The translations under genes and the position numbers were made by a program. From positions 2,539,836 through 2,603,835 of the forward strand of contig NW_002060949.1 of NCBI RefSeq assembly GCF_000150275.1: a stretch of 64,000 nucleotides of DNA, read 5' to 3'. A model generated the notes under the pieces. The model was not told the DNA's origin and did no database searches. It was given only the letters and a program-made list of their open reading frames with translations. The stretch is from Trichoplax adhaerens. Its lineage: Eukaryota > Animalia > Placozoa. This document shows, one piece after another, positions 29,401-42,788 of this stretch (position 1 is its first letter; each line of letters opens with the position of its first letter).

Positions 29401-32193
29401 GTCTGTTATTTAAGTTTTGAAGAAACGAAGGAGACAATATAGCGTTCACGTCTTAAGTACTACAATAGCTATTATGCAATATGCAGTAATTAATCAATTA
29501 TTATTGTCAAGATACAGACAGGCTTTTAAGTCGTCATAGTAACTTTTGTCATTAACGGATGCAGTAATAATAAATTAGCGAATTAATTAATATAAGACAT
29601 ATTATCACTTGGCATCAGCTGTCTTGAGTCATCCTGCAAATTGATGGAAACTTATTAAGGTCTTTATTGTGTTGCACAGCTGATTTATGATGAGGCAACA
29701 GAATTATTGATTATGCTAGACCGTTGTCTGCATCACCTTTTCCATTATGATAGATATTTATTAGACGATATGAGGTAATAAAAGATAAAATAAATAATGA
29801 ACTATTTCAAATATGCTACGGTATGTAGTCTGTTTAGATATGATTATGAAAACAAGAGATAAAGTAATTTCCTAGGTGTAATACTGGACGTCGTTATTTC
29901 TATAACATGTTCCTAGTACAATATTTAATAATAAAAATTATTATATCTGCACCATCAACTCTTATGAAGATTCAACACATGAAATGTATGCCGGGTGCAT
30001 CTGCTTTGCTTGTGAAAACATCAGATGATCGAGCTTTCTTTATTATAGGTCGTGTTAGAAAATTAGGCATTAATTGCGATGATAAAGTATTTGAAAAAGC
30101 ATATATGGCATAGCGCCAATTAAAATGGTTGCATAATGCCACGTATTTCAACACTTACATCTTTAATATTAATTACTATAAGAAAGGAACATATAAAGTA
30201 TACGTATAGTGTATACTTTATAAAATCAAGCATTAAAGCAGATAAATTTAGCTCTTTCATGATTCGTAGCTGAAATGTCTAAATCATCGACTATCTTAAT
30301 GTAAAGGAATTTAAATCTCATATAGAAGATGTAGTCAGCTAATACGGTACTCTGCGAGATATTCCGTACAAACATGCTAGTATCTGTAAAATATTCGTTA
30401 TCGAATTCGGTCATATAGAAGAGTAGAAACTTACAGAGTACACATGTTGGTTCTAAAATCTAGTGCTAAGATCAAATAGGTTTAGCGTTTGCATCGATAA
30501 TTATTAGATCGCTGTAGAGCGTTACGCATGGTAGTATTTGTCGATTTTTGATTCGAAAATGTAGAGATTTAGAAGATTAAGCGAGAAGAAACTTACAGCA
30601 TTTACATCTTCGTATGTTCAGTGCATAAAAACTAGTATCAGAATAAGCAAAACTAACACTTAGTACACTGTACGGCCGAAATTTTATGCTTGATTATCAA
30701 GGTGGATCATTCTAAATGTCATATACAGTACAGTAAGGTGTCAACTACGTATCTGCAGAGTAAACTATTAATGCAGGTCTGTATTGACATTTTTTTCGAC
30801 AATTTCACCATCAATACTTGATGAATCGTTCTAAATGTATTTAGATATGCTAAATATTGTGCTTTATAAGATAAATGCAGGCAAATCATTAAGTTTTGCC
30901 TACAGTTTATTTGGCATCATTCATTACTTAATTCAGAATTTAATATTAACTTACAAAGTATCTTGCCTGTATGTTAATCCTGACAGGCTGGATTCATAGC
31001 AATACTAAATATATCATAACCCACTATGCTCATGCTAGTGAATTAGCGCCCGAGGTTAGGTTTGATATATGATATAAAATTATGAGCTCATAGACCAAGT
31101 GTTTGTGCTTTAAAGGTCTTACTGCTCTCAACTGTGATTAAATATTCACACAGTAAAATGCATGAACAACAAATATGCCAGTCTATTATCCACCCTGTTA
31201 AAGAGGTAGTCGATTTTATATTATTTCTTATATTCAGGAAGGTAATTTTAAATAAGGCTAAACAAATTAGCTCCCAAAAATGTCAAGTTATAATTCGTAT
31301 CACTATTCAATTTATATAGTCTAAGATTAATGATAATGCTATAGATTACTATTTACGCTCTATATGTATAACCATAAACTTTTAAAATAGAAGTACATTT
31401 ACATGTAGAGTGATTTAATCTTCTGTCATTTATAGATCTTGGTTGACGTTTATCTGAATAATAATCATGAATATTAATATACTGTATTACGGAAATGCTA
31501 TGATTTTACAATCGAGAAGGTATCATACCTAAAAGAGAAACATTATAAATAACCAACTTATGACAAATTGCGAGTGCAAATAGTAAGTCAGGCGATTGAT
31601 TCTTATATTTCTTTATTTATCTCTTATCGAAAATTTTAAATATGACTAAGAGATAGTCAAAAGTAAGTAAAGCAACAGGTTGCTTTATTATATGAAAACA
31701 GTTTCCGCGCGAGGCAGAAATTATACTAAAAGTAGCGGAACAAACGCAAATAGTAGTTATTTACTACAAGCTCGTTAGTAACTGTAGAAGATTTATAACT
31801 TTTACAGTAAATCAGTAGTTATTATCAACAACTTAAAGCTATAAAATATTATGGAACAGATTGGTGATGGCTAATATTTTACGAATCACAATCATACTTA
31901 CAAAGATAACGATTTAACATATTAATTTAAATAAATTCTTTTGATGCAAACAAATATTACTGTATGTATCACTTTTCCATTCGCAAGAAATACGGTTATT
32001 GCTATTTAAAGGGCTAGATGCAATATATTCAGATAGTGCATACAGTATGTCAAAAAAGACATTTATGGATAACTTAACGTTTAACATACAAGTAAAAGAA
32101 GTATACGCGTTAGAGTAACCCATAGGAATTCCATTTGTTTAAAGCGATTTTACTCTAAGAGATAATTGTCCTTTGAAGTTGATAGTGGTATGT

Positions 32194-35100
32194 TTAAGTG
32201 AAGTTATACCGGTATAGTCTGTAGTAAAATAACGAAAGAATTATTATCGAATCACTTTTAGAGGGAAGAAGTAAAATTCGACGGATACTTTACTATTAAC
32301 AATCAACTCAAATATGTTTACCTTGGCAAATTAGAATCATTTCTCACTCTTGAACCACTCAGCATTTGAGAACTAGTACCCTAATAATTTAACAATATCG
32401 TCGATAATCATTAGATAATCTACGTAACGTACCGTACTCATTCGTCTTCCTTTATCGGAAGAAAAACTAATTAAGTAGCATCTTCTATAAGTTGCATGTC
32501 ATATAGATATAAATCTTACTCGATTTCGAAACGATTTAATAACATGATTTGTTAACTCTGGTGGAAGTTCATAGCTACGACATAGCAAATATGCTTGTTC
32601 CATTGTGATTGCTGCCAACGTTCTATAATGCATATCAAATTGCAGTAGTATTAGTATTATCTAAGTAAGTATACGATTAAATTAATTTCATTATTTTCTT
32701 GATATGCCTAAAGATACAGAAAGACTACCTTTCAGCTCCAGAGCGGCAACCAACAATTTGTATAGCTCCTATTCTAGCTGCCGCTTCTGATGAAAGTAAC
32801 AAGATGTTAGCGTTATCTTGTCCCATCGACGCATCCATGATGCACTTGTCTAGCAGTTTAATTAGCTTCTCAGCTGTATAAAGAGGACGATATAGCTGCA
32901 ATCATAAAATAACAGATTATATCTCTCACATGTATAATTTAAACCAAATCCGATTTTATACGACAGAATATATACACATCCTTACTCTATGAAAACAGAC
33001 AACTTGTGACGATCTTGGCAAATGTTTTGTATCAAATATGGCGTTTCTATAATTGAGATTATTAGTAATTTACATGATTTAAGCGAGGTTAAACATGATT
33101 AATCGGCGCTAAAAATAAAAGAAAATTACGATACGTAAACATAAACGATATCTCAACCTATAATACCACTTACTTAAATTTTCTATAATACTTGCGTAAC
33201 GACTTCAACGAGTCAGTATTAATTGCAGTTTGCATATGAATGGCTAAGGAGTTTTCCGGATCGGTTTTATCTTCAACTTTTTCTAATCCTATTTATGCGA
33301 AAATACCAGCATTTTAGTCTGGTATTTGGCAAATAGTACAAATTTACAATTGTAAAATACCATGCGTAAACAAAACCGGAGTAACTTGCACACTTTGGCC
33401 TCGCTGCAAAGCGTCTGGTAGCTTTTGGAATAAATTTTCGCCCAAGTTTATTATCACATCCAGGTCTGATCTATCTCCTTCAAATACCACTTGATATTCA
33501 TCAGCTACATTACAATATTAAATGAAGTAATTATTAGCGAAATAAAATACTCACGATATAATTAGTCATTTTGATGCTCTGAACAACAACATTTAGTATA
33601 AACTATTAAAAACTGTATCCTAAGATTAGGTGATACAAGTAGACAATTGTGGCATCTATGATATTATTTTATGTGTGCGTGCGTCTAGTAGCTTATGTCA
33701 TGTTCGATAAAATACTCATACATTTATATTTTCGGATTCTAAGTTCTGTATTTTAAATTTTAGTTTATGTAATGTATCTATTTTAGTGATACCTGTGTTG
33801 AACATACTATCGTCCAATAATTTAAATCGAATAGCAATTTTCGAAAGATCTTGAATAGCTACCGACATATCTTCTAGCATTGCAGTTTCACTGCCCTGTA
33901 AAAGAAAGATCTGTTGTAAGATCTTATTATAGTTCTCTGACACACAAAATTTATCCCTTAACTTACTGTTCGTGATGATAATAAAGCTTGAAAGTAGACT
34001 AGTAGTCCAATTTTACTAAGTTGCTGTAACCATTTCGCACTAGTAGCTTCGCTGTCGGTAGTGTATTCTTGCAAGTTATTATATATATCGTGGATAGCAG
34101 AGTATAATTGCGAAATGAATGTAGATAATACAGCCGTTAAAGCTTGACTGAAAACCGCATCGCGTCTCTCGACACATTTTGTATCTAAAGTTATATGCAG
34201 AGCGGGTAGAGTTAATATAAGAATGCTATGAAGACAAAATTCAAATTTATCTTAAGATATAATTATAGCTTACTTTCATCGCTAAAGATGGTCATAAGTA
34301 ATCGTAATCGAACCTCTGTTAAAATAGCGGTTAAAAAAATACCGTTGGAAGATAAGTATATTTATCATTCCTTATTTTAAGTACGTAGCGACGTTAATAA
34401 ACACTTTAATTTTTAGTTCATATAAAGATTTAGATATGAGTGAATGAATTCGTTTGTATTCTGCTATCGCTACAGTTTAAGTATTTAATGATATGCACCT
34501 CTTAGAGATTGCTTAAGCTTCTCTACTTTCTTATTAAAAGTCTCTATACAGTTGAAATTTTCTTCGGTATCTTTATCAACTTGGTTAAGTAAAGCGATTA
34601 ATTCCGTACTAATGGTAGTGAAGTCCCTATTAACCTCTAAAATGATGTCCAGAAAAAATGTTAAAAGTAGATATGCTTCTATTAAGGGATAATGATAAAT
34701 TATGATACATCTAATGAAATGAAGTAAGAACTTAGTGTCGTTTTGATGCTCTTAGTTGTAAGATTGATATGATTTAATAAACTGGCATTTCCTTGTTATC
34801 CTTATAACTATTGTAATTTACCTGACAGCAGTAAAGGTCGATTAGATTCGGTTTGCTGAAAGATTAGTTTAATATGATTTGACGATACAATAGCATTTAA
34901 CTTCTCTATCATATCCATAAACGAATTGCACTTATTTCTTTCTTTTAAACCGTTATTGTCTGCGTTATCCATTTCATTGAGAAAAATCCTTATTTGGTTC
35001 AGCATATGGCGACACTTAGCAACAAAATCTTGCTTGCCACGTAATAAGCGCTAAGAAATAGTCGTACATCAATTATGCGACTTAATACAGATTATGAAAT

Positions 35101-38100
35101 TTCGGATTTTACCTTTAAGCCGCCTGCATGGAATCCTTGCATAACACCTGATGGAATGGCCATCCCAGTCTTGGAATGGATTGTTCGAGTAACTAGCAGT
35201 CCATCAACTGCAAAATTAGCAGTAAGATAATAGAAATTTAGGGAGTACTTATGCAATGAAATTTTAACTATTAGGTTAATGAATAGTTTTATCAGGGCAA
35301 TGTTAACAGATGCTGTAAGCCATACTATGAAATAATTTGGAATTAATGCACTGCTATTGCTATCAAGAATACAGATAACTGTGTAATGGATCAAAATTAC
35401 CTGGATAAGTAAATTCTTTCAAATGGAGATAATCGATATCTTCCCCATTATGCGTTTCCGGTACTAATGACGGCCGGTAATTCGTAGAGCAGTAAACTTC
35501 CAGTTCATGCAAATAGCAACGCAGTGGACAGAAAGGATACCGAGCAATCAGATTATTATTCTCTTGTTTGGCTTCTCCTTGGCATTTAATGCAATTTAAC
35601 GAGCTAGCAGACTACCATAAATATAGCGCAATGATTATAACGTAGTCAGAATTCTATGTACAATAATAATTTTAATTCAAGATATTATTATGTGATGTAC
35701 TGTAAAGTTAAGCACCTCCCGATAATTATCAATCCGTTCTTTGATAGTAGAGAGGAAATTTGTATAGCTGTTAGCCCATGATTTTGACCTTTTCATTTGG
35801 TCACCGATTGGACTACTACTCTTAGAGGGTATAGTTTCTGCGTTACTAACACCAAGAAGTTTAGCAGCCTGTATATATACGTGAGATAATTTGGGTTACC
35901 TATCGTAATGAAACGTATAAAATTGTAACACCTAAATTTCAACAACTGCTTGTCATTGCCTTGCTCATCTGTAGTACTTGATCCGGGAAAGCGGATGAAA
36001 ATTCCATCTCAGGCGATGCTTTCTTTTTGGTTTTACTGAAGGACTTTAAAAGTTTTCGTCGTATTCCACTTTTTTCTTTATTAACCATTTCATCTGCTCC
36101 TAACAATTTCATTGCCTATACATGTAAATTAGAAAATAAAGTTATGACATCATTTTATTTCGTAAAAAGATCTCCAGAGAATTTACATGGTCTCTATTAA
36201 AAGGACTTTTGGACACCGCATATAGAGGATGTACAGCTGTGTATAACTTGGGTAGACTGTGTATAATATATATTTGAGAATATAATGACTGTAGTGAAAT
36301 TATAATATTCATAATATTATTCAAAAGCTTCTTTCACCTTCAACTGCTGTCGAGCTAAATCAGATTTACTGGAGTCTTCACTAGTAGAGACATCATCTTC
36401 TTTGTCATTTGGAGTAATAAATTCAACCTCAATTGATTCCAACTCTTGCAGTAAGCGCTCATCAATATAACTAAAATGATAATACAACTGAAGAAATGCA
36501 GTAAATTAAGTAAAATGCGACTGTTAGTTTCTCAAGTTATGACTTTCACAACGACACTACGATGCAACTTCCTAACCCTAACCTCAATCCTAATGGGGAG
36601 GCTTAGAATTTAGGTAGGAATGAAACAAAAACACTGATGTACAAATACTACATTAAATATAATTTTGCATTTTAGTAGTACATGATTTTTCATACTTCAG
36701 CTGGTACTGATGTAGTTAAATCACTTTCGGTTACTCTTTCTTGAAGTTGACAAGGCTTCTTGTCAATTGTTAAGTATTCGTAATTAGTAGATATTTCCGT
36801 AGACAGACTAACGACACTTGATATATCAGAATCAGAACTGAATATGCTATGATGGCGTTCTCGTGAATAGCCACTATCTTTAAGGCTTGCTTCATCACCA
36901 AGACTTTCAGCTGTATTTTCTATCAAACTGCTATAAGATCCACTGCTTATGCTACTAACTCGGCGGTAAAATTGCCTTGGCATACTGTTGCCGGTACTCG
37001 TAGATTCAAAGCGATCTCTACTCTCCCTATCGTAAGGCATTAAGACAATAGAACATATTAAGCTAATGAGTTAGTGAAGACTTATTTTACTGAGTGAACT
37101 TCCTCAGTTACTTATTTTACAGGAATTAATACTCTACTAATAAGCTTAACAAGATAGAATTTGTCTGTCAGTATGTTATTAACATGTAGAATTTACATGT
37201 AATGAAGTATTTTAGATTGATGTATATTGCATTCATCTGCTACATGTTGAGTTATGAATTATAAATTTGTAACTTTATTACTTGTATGATTCATCATCAA
37301 CTTGATCGATGTCATCAAAGTAAACAGAAGATGTATCAAAACCAGTATTGTCTTCACTTATTAAACTTGTTAAGGATCGAGTTCTAAGTAATTCCGGATG
37401 TTCACTATTAAGATGAGTTGGGACTGGAATTGTTTCAACTAGGTATGTACAGATATACAGATAAATAATTAACAAAACATATATTGAGAGTCTTCACATC
37501 AGATTAGTGTAGTAGATTAATTTAATTTTGATTTAATTTTGTATAAGCCATTCTTTATCGTATTTTACTACAATACCATCTTTCATTTCTAGTGAATCAT
37601 CGGACTCAGTGGGTGAATTCTGAAGGGATGGCGCTAATGAACGAGAAAAATAACTCTCTCGAGATGGTGATCTTGATGACAGTCTAGGAGAAGCTAGATG
37701 ATTGGAGTGCATTGGTATGGACAAAAAAGAATCCTTTTCCACGCTATTGGTATTGCCATAGCGATATAAAAAGAGGGGCAAAAAATATCATAATGAATAT
37801 TAGTTATCGAAATTAGTAGAGAATTAGTCTAGTTCCGTGCTATAAGAGTACCTATAATCTTCAACAGGGATTATGCTTTGCAATAGGGTAATTTCATCAA
37901 TGATTTTAAATTTAGCGTCGTTGTCAGTCGGAGAAACATTACCACTCTCTCTATAACCAATCTCATCGGTATGGAAACGATATAATTGGTTGGAATCTTT
38001 AAATTGGCCACGATCGTTGACTATCAAGCCAAATTACGACACATATAAACCTCAGTACAGAACATGTAATTTGATAAACTTAATAAAATTGAAATGCTAC

Positions 38101-41100
38101 CCCTACCATGTCGGAGATATTTCGTTTCGCACAACAACTGGCCTAATACACACCCTTCTTCCCTTGTGTCAACGTCGCCCTAGGAAATTTAATGTAATAT
38201 TAGTTCTCAGAAATCAAAATTCTCATAAGGGATTATGCCCTAAGCAGCTACTTTGCAGTAGTTTATAGTCCGATTTATATTTATATACACGTTCACGGGT
38301 GGAATACGCAAGCAGGATACGGTACAATAGATAATCTTGTTGGCTATTTCTCATATTACTTGCGCTAAAAATGCTTACTTGTTCTATTAGCCAATTAACT
38401 AACTTAATACCGGTCACAGATTGAGGGAAAACCTTCAGTTTATCCTTGTAATTTCTAAATCATTGAAATATGTAGTTACGTTATAACAAATTACGAGAAT
38501 CGTCTTACACTATTGATTTAGCGAATGAATTATTGTGATTCATAGACAAAATCACTATTATTGCTACTTACTTCAATGTAGGCTTAAGCATCCCATGTAA
38601 GCGAAAGTATATTAATGCAGACTGGATATGATAAAGCAATTAATTATGAGCGTAAATGAACATTCACTTTTTTAGAAGTACTATCGCAATAACTATTTAT
38701 TTAAGCTTTGAACATGTTGCTAACAATGGATAAGGCATCCAACGGTGCGGTAGCATCTTCATATGTGCCATCATCATAGCGGAATCGATACCAATAATCA
38801 TGGTTATCAAATTGAATTTGATCATCCACTGGAAGTGATGTGAATTATCAAAGGCAAGGCATTAATATCAAAGAACTTTTGACTCTACAGGAATTTTAAA
38901 CTGATTTATTTCATACCATGATGGATTAAGTTGCATTCTTGAAATGTTTGACCTAATTTAATTGCTTCTTCGACAGTAGATGATAAATCATTTTTCATCA
39001 GCCAAGAAACAAGATCGCTTTTCAAATTAAAAATATTAAATCATCTTATTAGACTAAGTGCTAAAATGATGCCGTCCAAATGCGAGTACTCTCAAATATT
39101 AGATAACTACTACAGTGTATTATTATGAGGGTGAAGAATCAGTAACCGTTCCTAAAGAGTTTTAGCATAATCACCTCCCAGTAAAGCATTTGTCTACACC
39201 AACTTTATCCTTTTTAGTTCGATAACGTATAATCGAATCACTTTCTGCATGTATTCTTTGATAGATTTGCTCGGCTAGTAAGGGAATATGTCAATACAGT
39301 AATATCATTGGAATATTCTCGAGATGTGACGTAATTTTTGATGTAAAAGTTTGTTGAAGTCTATACTTAAATTAATTGCGTAGCGGTTTAAGGACTATAT
39401 AAATAAACACCATTAATTTATATACTATATTAGGAACGCATTGATTCTACCTTTGATGACTAATCTCCTGGATATATATTTCTCGCGAGGTGCACTACTG
39501 CCAGCTAAATAGAAACGGAAGATATGTGGTTGCTTAAAATTATCATATAAATGATGCAAAATAGCTGAAAAATTATATAAAGACCGAAAATTTTCATATG
39601 CGATATTTCGGTAACTAACTTGCATTAGGTCGCTTAGCATTTATGCTTGTTAAAGCCTCTAACCATAAATTCTTTTCTTCTTGAGAACTTGCATAAACTG
39701 TTATCCACTTGCCTTTTGACATATTATATATTTTCCAGGCGTTATATACCGGTTTATGGTTACCAAGCTTATCTAGAACTAAAAACGTTATAATAAAATA
39801 GCAAATTAGCCTTGCGAATCTTGCCAATGCAGAAGAACATCAGATATGAGACGTTAGAATGACACATGTCTACTGTTTAGTATGACATTTAGTTATTTCT
39901 AAATAATCAAAATTGGTGAAATCAGGCTTATAAACACCTTTGCCATCCTTTACGCTTTCTATATTCATCCCCCGTGTCATAATTTTACCGCGATAAGTAT
40001 ATTCTGTTGCACCCAACGTTACTATAAATTTACGGTAATTTTATATGATTTAAGCTTGCAAATTTTGAGTGTTTAGACATTTATGATGATGCAAGTTATC
40101 AACTTTTCTTACCGTTAGCAACACGTTGAGATAGGCTTCAAGCAATAGGAAGAAAAAAAATATTTAATTCAGAATCAAGGTAGGACCACAGAATTTAAGT
40201 TCACAGTCAAGTAACGCGCTAAGTTTAACCGGTAGTGCGAAAATCATTGCATTTTCGTTCAACTGCAGTAATTCCAATATAGTATTGCATATACACCATA
40301 GAGAACGTTTAAAAGTTATAGCAGTTTGTTTCTGTGCTTAAAATATTCTGATATTAATAAAATCTAAGGTATAACTAGATCTGCTGTATTAGGTAATGGA
40401 AGAAAGGGTAAACTTTTCAAAAAGTAACTCAGCTGATACTTAGATTCCGGATAATTTCCGCTAAATCGCTAGTGAATGGTAAATCATTCCCTCACCTTCT
40501 ACTTTCCTTTTTACAACATATTAATTGCTTCTTAAATAAAATAAAATAAAGTTCTTCAGCTCCATGGGGTGTCAATTTCATTAAAGATCCTTTTTTCAGT
40601 ATTTTAACCTCTTTTTTACTAAAATCCAATCCCTACAAAGTTCATGGTATAGTCAGGGTTTTTCATATCTACAATTCATATCTTAAATGTATTATTTTTA
40701 GCAGATATACATATTGATTCTTAGGATATTACAAATGACATTATAAATTGCCATTATTGCTACGGTTTAAGCTTTAGCGCGATTATTATCGCGGTAGATT
40801 TGTTGTAGTGTTCCTCGCTTTTATAGCTAGTTTGGAGGCTGAATTGTATGGCACAATATTCACCATACAATAAACTCACCGTCCACCCTTTTATAGAGGC
40901 AACCAACTCTTCAAGGGACTCTAATTCTTCCAGTTGTCGCTTTATCTCGTTGACTTCTGAGCAAACATTTTTAATTTCCTGAAATGTATCTAGTACCGTT
41001 TGGTAGTCTACGTGACTTTCAGGCGTTAGCCTTAGTAGCTCCTAAAACAAATAATAGCAATATAATTACCGCTCTAAAAATGTTATAAATAATTTGATAT

Positions 41101-42788
41101 GCACTACGCATTACCTAATTAGTAACCTACATTCTATGATATAGTATTCAAATAATAAAACCACGAAATGATATTTACTAATTATTGCACTGTAATTATG
41201 AGCTCAAAATATATATGTAATGTGCGAAGGATATAAATTCTGAAGGTAACCGAAATTAAGTACAGATATATAAGTTTGATCAGCAAATGTATTCAAAGGA
41301 CCGAAACATTCATTGTATTACGTTTTCATCATATGTATCAATAATTATATTACCTTGAAAAGTAAAGGATATTTACAAATACGTTGTACAGGAGTAACAA
41401 GGCAGCTTGCAAGATAGTCAATTTCCTTCCCTTTAGTTACTTTTTCCATACCTTCCACTTTGGCTGCTTGTTCTACACATGACTTAATTAATAGTGATAT
41501 CGTGAAAAACACAAGTAACTCATATTTAGTATTACATAGAGGTATTACATTCAAAACATGGAACTTATATTGCATCTTATAACTACTACCTTAACATCAT
41601 GTGCACTATCGTATGAATCGTATGATAGCCATTAATGCTAGATTTTATATTGTTAATGCCTCGCATTGCTATAGATACCTTAACGTTATCACTTTTGAGC
41701 TGATCTTTCAGAATATCTTCAAGAAATCCGATAGCTACTTCATGACTATTACAATAGCTTGCATAAATTTTTAAATCTTTAGCCTAAATAAAATTGAAAT
41801 TTATACAAATGCGTTAATAATTACCAAGAAATAATGTCCGCAAGACGACTATAATATTATCATTATTGATACAGATCACTAAAACTAGTATTTTAATATT
41901 TCTAAACTCACAATATTGTACTATTATAATAAATTTATTTTACTCTATTACTAGTATTACTGCTGTGCCTGTAAGAAAGCAGAAACTGCACAAAAACTAA
42001 TTACTGTTATGAGATGCAAGATCTACCATTAGAAAACCTTCTTGATATAGTATGGTTAATGAAATAGTATCGGAGCAAACAAGGCAATCGAATTCTTGTA
42101 ACGGTATAACTAACTAACGATAACATAACTGCATTAAAATGAATTATTTCTATAGAAAATAGTGTAGCTTTGCATATATCCATTGCAAAAGCTTTCTGAA
42201 ACTATTTACTTTCAATGCTCGTTTCAATAACATAATTTCAATATACATTATCTTAATTTGAACTTACAAATATAAAAAAAGTATTTGCAATAGAATTTTT
42301 GTCGTCGTTCTTTTCATTCATATCATGCAATAATTTACAACTTAATTGATATAATTCTTCAACATTGCCCATCAGAGATTCTACTTCACTGATTGATATG
42401 CAGCTGGTTAACTTTTTACTGGACCGAGCCAATAAAATCTCTTTTACCTATACAGAGATCAAACTTATTTTAATGTCCTATGACGTAACTACATGANNNN
42501 NNNNNNNNNNNNNNNNNNNNNNNNNNNNNNNNNNNNNNNNNNNNNNCATTGATAGTTATATACTACCAACGGCCATAGATCAATGAGTAAAGTTTACTCA
42601 TTAATGTAAAGGCAATGAATAGGAAGAAGTTTAAAATTACGATAAATTTGTTACTGTACCTTCACCAGAAATCGCAAATTTTTAGCATAAACTTGTTCCG
42701 TAGAAACAATTTCATTCAAGACCATCAATCTTATCCTTGCAATTTTATCCATTTTTTCCTGACTTTTATTGCGTGTTTCATGATTCAT
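32194..42788 (-). CDS. PREX: P-Rex family PIP3/Gbeta-gamma-dependent Rac GEF (DH-PH-DEP-DEP-[Ser-rich]-IP4P), 37 coding exons, ~1550 aa
   Basis: Hand-built exons (minus): 42788-42660, 42447-42268, 41783-41679, 41482-41354, 41041-40880, 40632-40496, 40135-40113, 40021-39938, 39772-39620, 39504-39451, 39274-39175, 39017-38917, 38828-38725, 38621-38572, 38454-38379, 38179-38107, 38020-37852, 37743-37577, 37438-37282, 37026-36696, 36487-36338, 36115-35960, 35868-35716, 35611-35401, 35207-35113, 35050-34822, 34636-34499, 34315-34274, 34184-33967, 33895-33793, 33504-33361, 33288-33174, 33046-32986, 32895-32729, 32622-32520, 32380-32322, 32218-32194. All phases are consistent (4653 nt). P-Rex motifs: RLMVLNEIVSTE and LVTPVQRICKYPLLFKEL (DH), YTYRGKI and NAWKIYNMSKGKW (PH), YRFRYDDGTY (DEP1), YRFHTDE (DEP2), FCPLRCYLHELEV, RRDAVFSQAL, MLEDM, and C-terminal LPRLYR. 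An acceptor at 42803-42804 implies an upstream exon that I could not locate, so the true start may lie further 5'. Confidence 0.9.
42497..42546. other. Assembly gap (50 N) in the intron between the first two P-Rex coding exons
   Basis: Run of N. The flanking exons join in phase 0, so no coding exon is required in the gap. Confidence 0.95.

Noticed and set aside
18880-32123. Short ORFs between Mos and the P-Rex 3' end, including 26499-26774
   Set aside because: No homology recognised in the frames I translated and no splice-linked partners.
32699-32881. + strand ORFs overlapping P-Rex and ferlin exons (also 37990-38268, 57643-57834, 61872-62096, 62219-62467)
   Set aside because: Antisense shadows of real minus-strand exons.
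33061-33110. Strong-looking acceptor at 33109-33110 for a P-Rex exon
   Set aside because: All three frames stop within ~30 nt. The acceptor at 33047 keeps the frame.
36571-36593. CCTAACCCTAACC telomere-like sequence (also TTAGGGTTAG near 58361)
   Set aside because: Only about two units, inside introns. Too short to call interstitial telomeric repeat.
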